Source: a virus. Taken from it: DNA of 64,000 nt. The stretch lies in IMG/VR virus record IMGVR_UViG_3300025674_000015; one strand, given 5' to 3'. Positions 48,108 through 58,176 of the stretch are shown piece by piece. How positions within the stretch are numbered: position 1 is the first letter of the stretch; every line of letters starts with the position of its first letter. Both the position numbers and the translations under genes were made by a program. A model generated the notes under the pieces. The model searched no databases, had not been told where the DNA came from, and saw only the letters and a list, made by a program, of their open reading frames with translations.

Positions 48108-49754
48108 ATGGCCACAGCAGCAGAAGTAAATAAAGCTAGAAAAGTATTAAGAGCAGTTGAACTTAAAATTATTCAACTTGAAAGCGATCTGAGAATTGAG
48201 CGAGAACCCGCCCGCCGGGCAAAATTGCAAGCGCAGCTTAAGCGGCAGCAAGCCAACCGTCAATCCATCATTAATTATCTAGGCACCAGCGGTGGTAGTT
48301 TGAACATGTCAGATCTAGCAAGGGGTGTCGGGTCCGCAGCTGTTCTTTCCGGACCATCCTTGTTGAGAGGGGTAATTAGTAAGATTCCCGGCGTAGGAAC
48401 AGCTTTAGAAAAAGGCTTGGAGCCGTTCACAGATATTACAAAAAGCATAACTGATGCCGGTAGGGCAGCAGCCGGCCTTCCTAAAATTTTCGATCGAATA
48501 AAACAGCCAGTTTCGAGCATTTCAAAAGACCTTGAGCCAATCGATAAACTTTTTGTCTCTTTAAGGAGAGGTACGATTGGAGCCGGAGACTTATCGAAAA
48601 GACTTATAGAACTTCGAAAAGACACTCTGGCTATCGGAGTATCAAATGAAGATTTAAGAAAAACATATGATGCTCTTTTCAAAGCAAATTTAAGCTTTAC
48701 AGAATATTTGGATAAAAAAGCAGCAGATTCTTTGGTGAAATATGTTTCAATATTAGAAAAATTCGGAGTTGCTGGAACTCTTACTGGTGATATCTCAAAC
48801 ACCTTATCAAAGCAGCTAGGCTTTGGAGCCACAAAAACAGAAAACTTTCTTAAAAAACTGGCCGGAACAGCAAAAAGTTTAGGACTTTCTTTGCCGAAGG
48901 CATTTCAAGACTTTAAACAAAGCGCCGATCGTTTTGTATTGACTGGAGTTGATCAAATGTCCAGTCGATTTGCAAAATTACAAGCCCTAACAAAAGCAAC
49001 CGGGATCTCTACTGGTGATCTGGTTAATACATTTGGCAAAGCGACAGATACATTTGACGGCTCAGTTAAAATTTCCGCTAGATTAAATGCAATGTTGGGA
49101 ACAAATATTAGCGCAATGAAACTACTTCGGAACGATGCTGAACAAAACGTGTCTCTAATCGCAAAGGCTTTGCGAACTTCCGGAAAAACTTTTGACCAGC
49201 TTGGAAAGTTTGAAAAATTAATGCTAATGCAAGCAACTGGCATTAAATCAGCATCGCAGCTTAAATCTTTGATGGAAATGTCTCCCGTTGAACTAGAACT
49301 TAAACAATTAAGAGGGCAGATGTCCAAAGCCGCTGGTCTTCAGGATGAACTGCGGACACGAGCGACAACTAGAGCCGAGCTAGTTAAAGGTGTTGGGGAG
49401 GTCATGCAAACCAAACAATTAAAGATGGTCTCAGATGCTTTAAAAAGCTCTTTTTCCGCTGCCATGACGGATGTCAAAAAAGGCCAAAAACTAGGACAGG
49501 CTTTCTTCAGGCAGCAACTAAGAGACATGGAGATATTAACAAATGCTAGCGTTGCGACTCAGGAAACTCTGCTTTTAAAAACTTTCCCGGAAAAGTTTTC
49601 TGCCACAGTGACAAAAGCTCAAGCGCCTCTGGTCGCCGCTTTGAAGCTGCTAGCTAAATCTGTCAAAGTTACTTTAGATGAGCCTAGAAGCAAATCTATC
49701 AAAGTTACTTCAGATAAGTCTAGAAGTAATACAAAAGTTGGCGGCAAAAATTAA
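48108..49754 (+). CDS. Tape measure protein (short)
   Basis: Helical Ala/Lys/Leu-rich; follows the chaperone pair. Confidence 0.65.
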   Translation: MATAAEVNKARKVLRAVELKIIQLESDLRIEREPARRAKLQAQLKRQQANRQSIINYLGTSGGSLNMSDLARGVGSAAVLSGPSLLRGVISKIPGVGTALEKGLEPFTDITKSITDAGRAAAGLPKIFDRIKQPVSSISKDLEPIDKLFVSLRRGTIGAGDLSKRLIELRKDTLAIGVSNEDLRKTYDALFKANLSFTEYLDKKAADSLVKYVSILEKFGVAGTLTGDISNTLSKQLGFGATKTENFLKKLAGTAKSLGLSLPKAFQDFKQSADRFVLTGVDQMSSRFAKLQALTKATGISTGDLVNTFGKATDTFDGSVKISARLNAMLGTNISAMKLLRNDAEQNVSLIAKALRTSGKTFDQLGKFEKLMLMQATGIKSASQLKSLMEMSPVELELKQLRGQMSKAAGLQDELRTRATTRAELVKGVGEVMQTKQLKMVSDALKSSFSAAMTDVKKGQKLGQAFFRQQLRDMEILTNASVATQETLLLKTFPEKFSATVTKAQAPLVAALKLLAKSVKVTLDEPRSKSIKVTSDKSRSNTKVGGKN

Positions 49755-49777
49755 AAACTAACCAAAGGAGATAAAAA

Positions 49778-50713
49778 ATGTCAAGGAAATTTAATCCTTT
49801 TTCAAAAGAATATAGTTTAGATACCTTTGGGGATTTTTCAACTGCCAATGTGCGCGGTCAATACAATCTTTCAAACATTAAAAAGCAAATTATCAAAATT
49901 AAACACATGGCTTCCGGAGAAGAAGTACGATTTCAAGCTTTTGATCTTAATTTGTCCGATTCGTATGCCATATCATACCAAGCAAATCAAGTTTATGGAA
50001 GAATGGACCCAATTAAAACATATACCGGGACACAAAGAAGCGCAACGCTGAACTTTAAAATACCGGCAAATAGCTTGGACGAAGCCCAAGAAAATCTTTT
50101 AAGAGCGCAAAAATTAGTTCAAATGCAATATCCAGTTTATGAGAATTTATACCCAAAAGGTCAAATATCAGCAACAACGATTAAAGCACCACCACTTTTA
50201 AGGGTAAAGGTCATGAACTTGGCCAGAGATGTTTCTACAATCTCTAATGAAAACAGCTTTTTCAGCCCCGCAGGTTTTGAAAAGGGAGATGGGCAAGGTT
50301 ATGTTGTTGCTTTAAGCAGTTTAGCCGTTAACAATTTTGATGGGGATGCCGGCTTTCAAGATCCTAGGCCCGGTGTTATTTTTTCAAAGTCAATTGGAAT
50401 CTCAATGAGTTTTGTAATATTACACACTCATCCTTTAGGTTATATTGAAAAATGCAACTCTAAAGGAGAAAAGCGAATTTCTTTCCGTCAGCCCAACTTC
50501 CCCTATGGATTGGACAACAATGAAGCGAAAGGCTTGAAAGATTGTGAAGTTAAAACACCGGTGGTGGAGAGTCCAAAGAAGACAACAAAAAAGCCGCCAA
50601 CTAGGAAAAAGCCTCCGCTTAAAGAGAGAAAGGGCCCTAGGAAGACAACGACACCGGCACCGAAAAAACCACCAGTAAAAAGACCCGGTCTGGGTCCGGG
50701 TGAAGGAACCTAA
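49778..50713 (+). CDS. Baseplate / tube-initiator protein
   Basis: VYGRMDPI..Y..T.R, PPLLRV motifs. Confidence 0.6.
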   Translation: MSRKFNPFSKEYSLDTFGDFSTANVRGQYNLSNIKKQIIKIKHMASGEEVRFQAFDLNLSDSYAISYQANQVYGRMDPIKTYTGTQRSATLNFKIPANSLDEAQENLLRAQKLVQMQYPVYENLYPKGQISATTIKAPPLLRVKVMNLARDVSTISNENSFFSPAGFEKGDGQGYVVALSSLAVNNFDGDAGFQDPRPGVIFSKSIGISMSFVILHTHPLGYIEKCNSKGEKRISFRQPNFPYGLDNNEAKGLKDCEVKTPVVESPKKTTKKPPTRKKPPLKERKGPRKTTTPAPKKPPVKRPGLGPGEGT

Positions 50714-50724
50714 AGGATTGAAAC

Positions 50725-51060
50725 ATGTCAAGATATAGAAAAACAGATTCATTTTTGAATGATGATCAGCTTTACGAGTCTCATTTCAAACAAAGGAGGT
50801 TAGGTGGTATTTTTCAATACGAAACAGCTTTCTTTCCTAAGATTACAGATGAAGAATATGAAGATACTGATTCTATTCTGCATATTTGGAAAGTTGGTGA
50901 TCGATATACAAAATTAAGTCAAATTTACTACAAAGACCCTCAATATTGGTGGGTTATCGCCCTTTATAACCAAAGACCAACAGAATCTCATGTTTCTGTT
51001 GGAGATGAGATTTATGTTCCAACGCCGCTAGAGACCGCTCTAGAGATTGTCGGAGAGTAA
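50725..51060 (+). CDS. Baseplate protein (LysM / gp53-like)
   Basis: GDR...LS..YY.DP.YWWVIALYN....GD.IYVP. Confidence 0.7.
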   Translation: MSRYRKTDSFLNDDQLYESHFKQRRLGGIFQYETAFFPKITDEEYEDTDSILHIWKVGDRYTKLSQIYYKDPQYWWVIALYNQRPTESHVSVGDEIYVPTPLETALEIVGE

Positions 51061-51061
51061 A

Positions 51062-53812
51062 ATGGCAGTTAAAAAGAAAACTGACAAGAAACCTAAAACA
51101 ACTTCAAAAAAACAACCAGACGGCTGGATTGCGACCAATGATTGCCGATGGCAGAAAAAGGCCAGATATTTTCAAGAGCAATGCTTCTTGGTGGATCTTT
51201 GGTCAGGAGATTCCAGTAAATTTGAAAACTATTCAACCTCCTTGAGTGGAAAAAGCAAAAAGCAGAAAATACAAATTGATCAAAACAAGCTGCATGGTTA
51301 TAATAATTTTATTATTCTAGAATCTGGAGCACATGAAAAAGTTCTAGAATTGGTTATGGAAAACAAAGCAAAAGACATTCTTTCTTTTCAAAAGTTTAAG
51401 CCAGTTCACCTTTCAGCTTTGATTCCAAAACTGCGTTTATACAAAGTTTTGTATGATTCAAAAAAGAATCCTTTGATCAAAATACCTATCTTCTTTCCAA
51501 CTAGTCTAGGTGTCCTTGATCCGAAAGAAGGGTCGAAAGAAGGGTCACTAGAGAAAGCTATCTTGGCCGGGGCCAGCACTGGGGGAGTTGGTTTAGAAAG
51601 TTTTAGCTGGAAGTTAAACGGTACAGATCCAGTTTCAGCAGACTTTGTTATTGAAGCTAATTTGAGTCTTTTCATGCAAAACCTAGGCGATCTTGAAACT
51701 CCACTTCCATTGGATTCTAGAACATTGTCCAAGCTAAAAAACGCAAAGGATTTTGCAAGTTATTCTCCTAAATACAGAGATCTTCTTTTGCCTCCTGATA
51801 TGGCAAAGTTTAAAACAACTTCACCCACTCCCGGTGGTAATCAAGAGCATATTCCAGATTATTTCCGGATAAAGGCCGAGGTTGGATGGAATTTGCCAAC
51901 AAATCCAGAAGCTTTCTTTTCTGGTCTCTCAAAAGAAGAAGTCGAAGATTTCAAGCAAGCAGTTAATAATACTTCGATCACTTTGGATTTGAACTTGATT
52001 GATCATACCATAAACTTTGGTCAAATGGGTGATTTAAAGATTAATATCTCTTATCATGCTGCTTTTGAAGCAAATATGTCTTCTCCAGATGCAGAACTCC
52101 TTATTGATTCAAAAATCAGAAAGGCAATCAATGAATATAACAAAGCTGAAAAAGAAGCTTTGAAAAAAATTAAAGATATCAAAAAAAGAGGTGTTTCGAA
52201 AGCTAGAAACAAATCTGAAATTGATAAAATTGATAAAACCTTTAAAAAAGTAAAAAAAGAATTAGAAGATGCTAAAAAAGAAAGAAAGTTTCACATCTAT
52301 AAGCAACTAATTCAGAATATTGAAGACGAAGGAAGAGTATTTACTTGTCTTTATGATACAAAAGCAATTGCAGCTAAGTTTGATAATACCGGTGGAGATC
52401 CGAAACTTTTCCAAAACTTTTATTCAAAATACGCAGCAAAAATAAGAAATCAATACATCAAGTCCCTAGGAAAGCCATGGCCAAAGTTCTTGATTCAAAA
52501 AAGCAATGAAAACTTAACAGCAGTTGGCGCGCTTCAAAGAGAGAAAAGAAGAACAAAATTAAAAAAGCTTCTTGCAAGGAAAAACATCTCAGACAAACAA
52601 AAGCAAAAAATCAAAGAATCTTTGAAAAAGCTAGACATGGACAAGAACGCTAACGTGTCTGGTATAAGATGGGTTATTAAAAAAGAAAGAACTAAAGCCG
52701 GTAAAGGCAAAAAAGTTGGTCGACCCTTATATGAGTTGTCTTTTTTCTTTTTGGGTGATCTGATCAACTCTGCTTTGAAAATCGCAAAGTCAAATTCAGA
52801 TGAAAACTCAAACTTTTTCGCAAACACAGAATTTATGTTCTCTGATGTTCAATACTTTGATCCTAGAGGCAACGGTGGTCGTGGAGCAATTGTTTCTAAA
52901 AACTTGGCAGACATTCCTATTTCTTACTCTCTTTTTAGAGAATGGTTCAATGATAGCGTTGTCAAGAAAAACTTGAATCGTTACAAGCTTTATGATTTCT
53001 TTAAGGATTTATTCTCTGGTCTTTTGAGTGACGCTTTGGGTGGGAAATGCTACGATGGTTTGAGCTTTGGTGCGAAGCCAAACACAGTTGGTATACACCA
53101 TTTTACAACAAAAGTGCCAAATAAAAAATCATCAAAAGATCCTTTGAAAAACATTGGAACTAATCCCGCTTATCTAACAGCTAGAGCTACGTATAATCGT
53201 TTAAATCTAGATTCTGGACTTATAAACAAGTTTCATGAAAATCTAGATCAAGGTGGAACATCGAAAACAAAAAACTGGATTGTCTTTTACGTTAGTAATA
53301 ATTCTGTAACAAAAAGAACAGGAAACGTTACAGAAGATTATTTTTCGGGCATTCCACACTTCTATGTCGGCTCAGATACCGGTATTCTTAAAACAATGTC
53401 GTTTGCAAAAGAAAACTGGCAATATTATAAAGAACTTAGATTAACTCAGAAGTCTGGTTATTCTAAGTTAGGAACGCCTTATCAAGTTAATATTACAACG
53501 TTTGGACAGCCAAACTTCAAACCGGGCCAGTACATTTATATAAACCCAAGAAGGCCCGGGATCACCAGTAATATCGGCAAAGAACTTCTTTTAGAAGGAT
53601 ATTACTTAATAATCTCTGTTGATTCAAATATCAGCGCTGGTTCTTTTGAGACAAAGTTTAATGCTAAATTTGAAACAACCGGCCGGGATCTTAAAACAAT
53701 TGTCTACAATAGCAAGAACACTGAAGTTCCGGATATAAAAAGACAAAAGAAAACAGTATCACAAGTGCAAAGAAAGAAAACAACAAAAGTTCAAAAAGCT
53801 AAAAAGAAATAA
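51062..53812 (+). CDS. Baseplate hub-like protein
   Basis: C-terminal ITTFGQP.FKPGQYIYI...GYYLI.SV...I..G.FET. Confidence 0.55.
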   Translation: MAVKKKTDKKPKTTSKKQPDGWIATNDCRWQKKARYFQEQCFLVDLWSGDSSKFENYSTSLSGKSKKQKIQIDQNKLHGYNNFIILESGAHEKVLELVMENKAKDILSFQKFKPVHLSALIPKLRLYKVLYDSKKNPLIKIPIFFPTSLGVLDPKEGSKEGSLEKAILAGASTGGVGLESFSWKLNGTDPVSADFVIEANLSLFMQNLGDLETPLPLDSRTLSKLKNAKDFASYSPKYRDLLLPPDMAKFKTTSPTPGGNQEHIPDYFRIKAEVGWNLPTNPEAFFSGLSKEEVEDFKQAVNNTSITLDLNLIDHTINFGQMGDLKINISYHAAFEANMSSPDAELLIDSKIRKAINEYNKAEKEALKKIKDIKKRGVSKARNKSEIDKIDKTFKKVKKELEDAKKERKFHIYKQLIQNIEDEGRVFTCLYDTKAIAAKFDNTGGDPKLFQNFYSKYAAKIRNQYIKSLGKPWPKFLIQKSNENLTAVGALQREKRRTKLKKLLARKNISDKQKQKIKESLKKLDMDKNANVSGIRWVIKKERTKAGKGKKVGRPLYELSFFFLGDLINSALKIAKSNSDENSNFFANTEFMFSDVQYFDPRGNGGRGAIVSKNLADIPISYSLFREWFNDSVVKKNLNRYKLYDFFKDLFSGLLSDALGGKCYDGLSFGAKPNTVGIHHFTTKVPNKKSSKDPLKNIGTNPAYLTARATYNRLNLDSGLINKFHENLDQGGTSKTKNWIVFYVSNNSVTKRTGNVTEDYFSGIPHFYVGSDTGILKTMSFAKENWQYYKELRLTQKSGYSKLGTPYQVNITTFGQPNFKPGQYIYINPRRPGITSNIGKELLLEGYYLIISVDSNISAGSFETKFNAKFETTGRDLKTIVYNSKNTEVPDIKRQKKTVSQVQRKKTTKVQKAKKK

Positions 53813-53824
53813 TCGGAGTAGCAC

Positions 53825-55114
53825 ATGTCAATCAATGAAGACTTCATTATTGAAAACCTAACATCAGAAAATGGCGCATCATCCGAAGATTACTTTGATG
53901 GTAGGTCAGTTTACAAAGCAGTCGCATATCAAGATGTGTCAATTGATGTTATAGATACTTGGGAAAAAAAGCCTTTTTATGGTTTGGTCAATGAAGATCA
54001 TAATCCAATTTTGTTAAAAAGTCAAGAAAAACTTCAAGAAATCTCAGATGATGTATTTTGTTTGGATTTTGTGGCTTTGGCTTATAACGCTCTTAGAACC
54101 AACTGGCTTAATTTATTAAGGGCTGGTAGAGTATCTGATGAATCTAATTTTACAGAATTGATTCCTTTTAAAGCTTATGAAGAAATAAAACAAGATTATG
54201 AAGAATATTTAAATATCAATTTAGAAGAATATATAAATTATATTAAAGATAATATTAATATTAATTTTAGTATTAATAATTTTAAATTCTTTATTAATTC
54301 TTTTAAAGAATTTTTAAAAGGTAATAATAAACCTTTTACTTTATCTTCTTTAATTCTTTCTAATTCTTTTTCTCAATTGAATTCTGGATTGGCTATTGAG
54401 ATCTTTGAATTGGATTATTCAGATGATCAAAGAAAATATGAAGAAGTGATCTTAGATCCTAACTTTGAATATTTCTGTTATCTAGCCAGAGACTATGGAT
54501 TCAGAGTAGATAAGAATATTCCAAACAGAATTGTGGCAGATATTGGATCTCCTGAAATGCAGGAGTACATGAAGAAAGTAGGAATATCAGGAGAAACAGA
54601 TTCTGTTCTTAAATCAAACTTTTTCAAAGAATATTATGATCTTGCTTATCTTGTTGAATACCCCATTATAAGGGATGCCATGCTGGAAGCTTACAATGAA
54701 CTTGCAGATTCAGAACCGATTGTTGTGAAAAAAACATTTGACATTCAAGATAAATTTGGTAGAATGTGTAAAGCAAATAGGGCAATTCGAAGAAGATCAA
54801 TGTCAAAAGATGTTTTTAACTTTGGGTATGGGGACAAATACTTTATTCAAATCTACGCTGAAATCAAAAACGCAGAGATTCCAGACAAGAAAGAAAAGAT
54901 GAAACTAGCTGAACTTAAAAAGAAATTGATTACACTCACTAAAAACAGAAAAAAAGAACTTGACATTGAAAGAGCCCTAAGCTATACTAACAGAGCATTT
55001 AAAAAATGTTTAGCTTTCAACTATGATCCAAACAGGGTCTTAACACACAGACAACTTAGGCTTCTGGAGGAAGAGTATGAAGACTTCTTCGAGGAGGAAA
55101 GAGAAGATGAATGA
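53825..55114 (+). CDS. Hypothetical protein
   Basis: 429 aa ORF, GGAG RBS. Confidence 0.65.
   Translation: MSINEDFIIENLTSENGASSEDYFDGRSVYKAVAYQDVSIDVIDTWEKKPFYGLVNEDHNPILLKSQEKLQEISDDVFCLDFVALAYNALRTNWLNLLRAGRVSDESNFTELIPFKAYEEIKQDYEEYLNINLEEYINYIKDNININFSINNFKFFINSFKEFLKGNNKPFTLSSLILSNSFSQLNSGLAIEIFELDYSDDQRKYEEVILDPNFEYFCYLARDYGFRVDKNIPNRIVADIGSPEMQEYMKKVGISGETDSVLKSNFFKEYYDLAYLVEYPIIRDAMLEAYNELADSEPIVVKKTFDIQDKFGRMCKANRAIRRRSMSKDVFNFGYGDKYFIQIYAEIKNAEIPDKKEKMKLAELKKKLITLTKNRKKELDIERALSYTNRAFKKCLAFNYDPNRVLTHRQLRLLEEEYEDFFEEEREDE
54960..54988 (+). promoter_or_regulatory. sigma70-type promoter for the polymerase operon
   Basis: TTGACA-17 nt-TATACT, inside the 3' end of the upstream ORF. Confidence 0.7.
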
Positions 55115-56283
55115 TGTTCCAAACTTTTCAAAATCAAATGTTCTTCAAAGACAAATTCGTTCCATTCGAACTTTCATCAATCACAACCAAAACATGGGGA
55201 TACAACAAAAAGTTTAAAGGAAATAAAGTAGATTGTGCAGCTATCTGGGCTTCTGGTCAAAGCCCAGAAGAAGCTTGTCCTGAGACAATGCTGCAATCTT
55301 GGAAAAAAAGCAAAACGAAAATTGAAAGTATTTTGAAGTCTTATGTGAAAGTTGGAATCAATCCTTCAGATATCAATCTGAAATTAGCTGTCCCTGAAAG
55401 TATTTTAAAGAATTATTTTTGTTCTCTCGACAAGATCACTGAACATGTTTTCTTGTCTTATGAAAAGCCTTTGAATTATGATTTTATGTTTGATTTGCAT
55501 TGGCTGGTCGCAGAAATTGCTGAACAGCATCTTAACTTTGATCTTTCTTTGATCCAAAGAAAAAGGTTCAACACTTATTTCAAAAGAGTTGGAGACAACA
55601 TTAAACTTGGAAAAACCAAAGTTAAATACAATCCTTATGGATCTGTCACAGGACGATTTGGATTGAAACAAGGTTCTTTTCCAATCATGAACTTGCCGAA
55701 AGAAGCAAGGTCTTCTATCATCCCAAACAACGATGCTTTTATTGAGCTAGACTTTAATGGAGCCGAGCTTCGCACTTTTCTACATTTGGCCGGCGAGGAT
55801 CAGCCGGAAGGTGATCTTCATCAATGGATTTCAGATTCGATCTTCAAGGGCGAACTGAATCGTGAAAAAACAAAACAAAAAGTGTTTTCATGGTTGTATG
55901 ATCCAAACAAAAATGAAAAAGAACTAGAGAAAGTCTTTAAAAGAGGGGAAGTTCTGCAAAAGCATTTCGATGGTTGTTTTGTTTCCACACCCTTTGGAAG
56001 AAAAATCAAATCTGATGATTATCATGCTTTGAATTATCTTATTCAATCAACTTCTTCAGACCTTTTTCTTCGACAAGTGATCAAGATCTTCAAGATGCTG
56101 GACGGTAAAAAATCAAAAATTGCTTTTACAATCCACGACTCCGTTGTTCTCGATTTTGCAAAAGAAGATCAAAATCTTTTGAAAGATTTGATCCAAGCGT
56201 TCAAAGAAACCAATTTTGGAATATTTAAAGTAAACATATCAGGAGGTAAGAATTTCGGTGAAATGAAAAATATTCCATTATAG
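55111..56283 (+). CDS. Family A DNA polymerase, minimal polymerase domain
   Basis: TGRF, ELDFNGAELR (motif A), REKTKQKVFSWLY (motif B), TPFGRK, NYLIQSTSSD, IHDSVV (motif C). Confidence 0.8.
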   Translation: MMFQTFQNQMFFKDKFVPFELSSITTKTWGYNKKFKGNKVDCAAIWASGQSPEEACPETMLQSWKKSKTKIESILKSYVKVGINPSDINLKLAVPESILKNYFCSLDKITEHVFLSYEKPLNYDFMFDLHWLVAEIAEQHLNFDLSLIQRKRFNTYFKRVGDNIKLGKTKVKYNPYGSVTGRFGLKQGSFPIMNLPKEARSSIIPNNDAFIELDFNGAELRTFLHLAGEDQPEGDLHQWISDSIFKGELNREKTKQKVFSWLYDPNKNEKELEKVFKRGEVLQKHFDGCFVSTPFGRKIKSDDYHALNYLIQSTSSDLFLRQVIKIFKMLDGKKSKIAFTIHDSVVLDFAKEDQNLLKDLIQAFKETNFGIFKVNISGGKNFGEMKNIPL

Positions 56284-56294
56284 GAGGGTTCAAA

Positions 56295-56933
56295 ATGCCA
56301 AAGTTGTTCAATCTTTCAAGAGTTCGTTGGAAATTAGAAAAGTTTATTATGGATGACATCCCAAACTTTGAGATCTTGTCGAAAAAAGAATCTTTTTTGA
56401 TGAAAATGCTTTCTTTTGTTCTTTTTTTCAATCCATTGTTTATGAGTTCTTATGTTTCTGTGATTTATCCAAAGCTTTACGTACCCAGTCACCCATGGAA
56501 AGAAGATGATCACTATTCAGCTGTTTTGGTGCTTGCTCACGAGTGGGTCCATTTGAGCGATAGGAAGCGTTTTGGGCTTCTATTCGACATTGGATACCTT
56601 TTTCCACAATGCCTAGTCTTCCTGAGCCTCCTAGCCCCCTTCCTGAGTTGGTGGTGGCTTCTTTGTTTGTTGTTTTTGCTTCCTATTCCTTCTTTGACCC
56701 GCGCATGGTTGGAATACAGAGCTTATTCGGTGACAATGGCTTGCATGTGGTGGTTAAATGAGATTGAAGCCAATTATTATTGGATTGAAATTCAATTTAC
56801 CGGAAGATGGTACTATTTTATGTGGCCTTTCAAGGGAATCATCCGAAAAATGTATGAAAGAAAGCTGGAAATGATTAAAAAAGACCAACTAACCTCTCAA
56901 GAAAGAAAAATCAAAGAAATCATCTTTTCGTAG
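56295..56933 (+). CDS. Membrane-associated HExxH protein
   Basis: LAHEWVH, TM segment, EYRAY. Confidence 0.55.
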   Translation: MPKLFNLSRVRWKLEKFIMDDIPNFEILSKKESFLMKMLSFVLFFNPLFMSSYVSVIYPKLYVPSHPWKEDDHYSAVLVLAHEWVHLSDRKRFGLLFDIGYLFPQCLVFLSLLAPFLSWWWLLCLLFLLPIPSLTRAWLEYRAYSVTMACMWWLNEIEANYYWIEIQFTGRWYYFMWPFKGIIRKMYERKLEMIKKDQLTSQERKIKEIIFS

Positions 56934-56968
56934 CTATTTATTTATGTGTCAATTTGAAAGGAGTTGAT

Positions 56969-57271
56969 ATGTCAAAAAATAAATACAGCAATCTCTCTTC
57001 TCGGCTTTCAGCCTCGGTAGAGAATGCGAAAGATATACTTTCTATGAGAAATCCTTGGATTGTGAATGACTTTGATACAGAATCTAGCAATGTCCACATG
57101 AATGACGAAGAAATTTATTATATTGCGGTTTTTGTTGCCGATTTGAAAACTTTGAAAGAACAAAGATCTGTTTTTGATATTGTTCATTTAAAATGTGATG
57201 ATGATACCGTAGCGCGTTTCAAAACGCTTTTCTCAAATGAGAATTTAAACAAAATTATGTTTTCTTGTTGA
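56969..57271 (+). CDS. Hypothetical protein
   Basis: ATG after AAGGAG; GCTATTTA upstream. Confidence 0.55.
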   Translation: MSKNKYSNLSSRLSASVENAKDILSMRNPWIVNDFDTESSNVHMNDEEIYYIAVFVADLKTLKEQRSVFDIVHLKCDDDTVARFKTLFSNENLNKIMFSC

Positions 57272-57283
57272 TCAGGAGGATCG

Positions 57284-58117
57284 ATGAACGTTGTCGGCCT
57301 AGGCAAGACTGCTTGCAACATTGCAAAAGAATTCCAAAAATACCCTCAATACAAAACTTTCTTTTTGAATTCAGAGAAGCTAGAAGAAAACAATTTCTTT
57401 CTTATTCCTAAACAAGATTCCCATGAGCTTTATGAAGAAAGATGCCCGGATTTGTCTTCCTTTTCTTCAAAGGTTGATGATGATGTTATTTTTATTGTGA
57501 ATGGTGGAGGAACCATCACAGGATCTGTTTTAAGGATCTTGGAAAAGATCAAAGACAAAAAGATAACAATCATCTTTTTGAAGCCTGAAGAAGCTTCTTT
57601 GACTTCTTTGAGAAAAACTCAAAATAAAGTTGTCTTCAATATTCTACAAGAATACACTAGATCTGGCTTGTTTGAGAGGATGTTTATTCTAGAATTAGAT
57701 AAAGTAGAAGAAACAGTCACAGGAATTACGATCTTGAACAGGATCAAAAAGATCAACGAGTTTATTTGTGATCTGATCCATACTGTGAACATATTCGAAA
57801 ACACATCAGCAATCTTTGAAACGCCAAAAGAGAATGTTGACTTTTCAAGGATCTATTCTATTGGTATATACGATTTTGAAAATAATTTAGAGAAAATGTT
57901 TTTTTCTCTTGACACTCCGAAAGAATTTTGCTATTATTACAACATTCCAATGAAAACGTTGGAAGAAGACACTGAAATATTCAAAAGGATCACAAACAGA
58001 ATGAAAGAAAAGACAAAAGAAAAAGAATGCCACATTTCCTATTCCATCTATGGAACTCACCACCAACAGATATACTCTTATGTTATATCCAATTCTCACT
58101 TAATTCAAAAATTTTAA
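57284..58117 (+). CDS. Divergent tubulin/FtsZ-like (PhuZ-like) protein
   Basis: N-terminal VVGLGKTACNIA and GGGTITGS resemble the tubulin T1 and T4 loops. Confidence 0.55.
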   Translation: MNVVGLGKTACNIAKEFQKYPQYKTFFLNSEKLEENNFFLIPKQDSHELYEERCPDLSSFSSKVDDDVIFIVNGGGTITGSVLRILEKIKDKKITIIFLKPEEASLTSLRKTQNKVVFNILQEYTRSGLFERMFILELDKVEETVTGITILNRIKKINEFICDLIHTVNIFENTSAIFETPKENVDFSRIYSIGIYDFENNLEKMFFSLDTPKEFCYYYNIPMKTLEEDTEIFKRITNRMKEKTKEKECHISYSIYGTHHQQIYSYVISNSHLIQKF

Positions 58118-58125
58118 AATAGTTC

Positions 58126-58154
58126 TTGACTTTCTGATTCAGATCGAATACAAT
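58126..58154 (+). promoter_or_regulatory. sigma70-type promoter
   Basis: TTGACT-17 nt-TACAAT. Confidence 0.75.
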
Positions 58155-58176
58155 TTAAAACATCAAAGGAAAGCAA

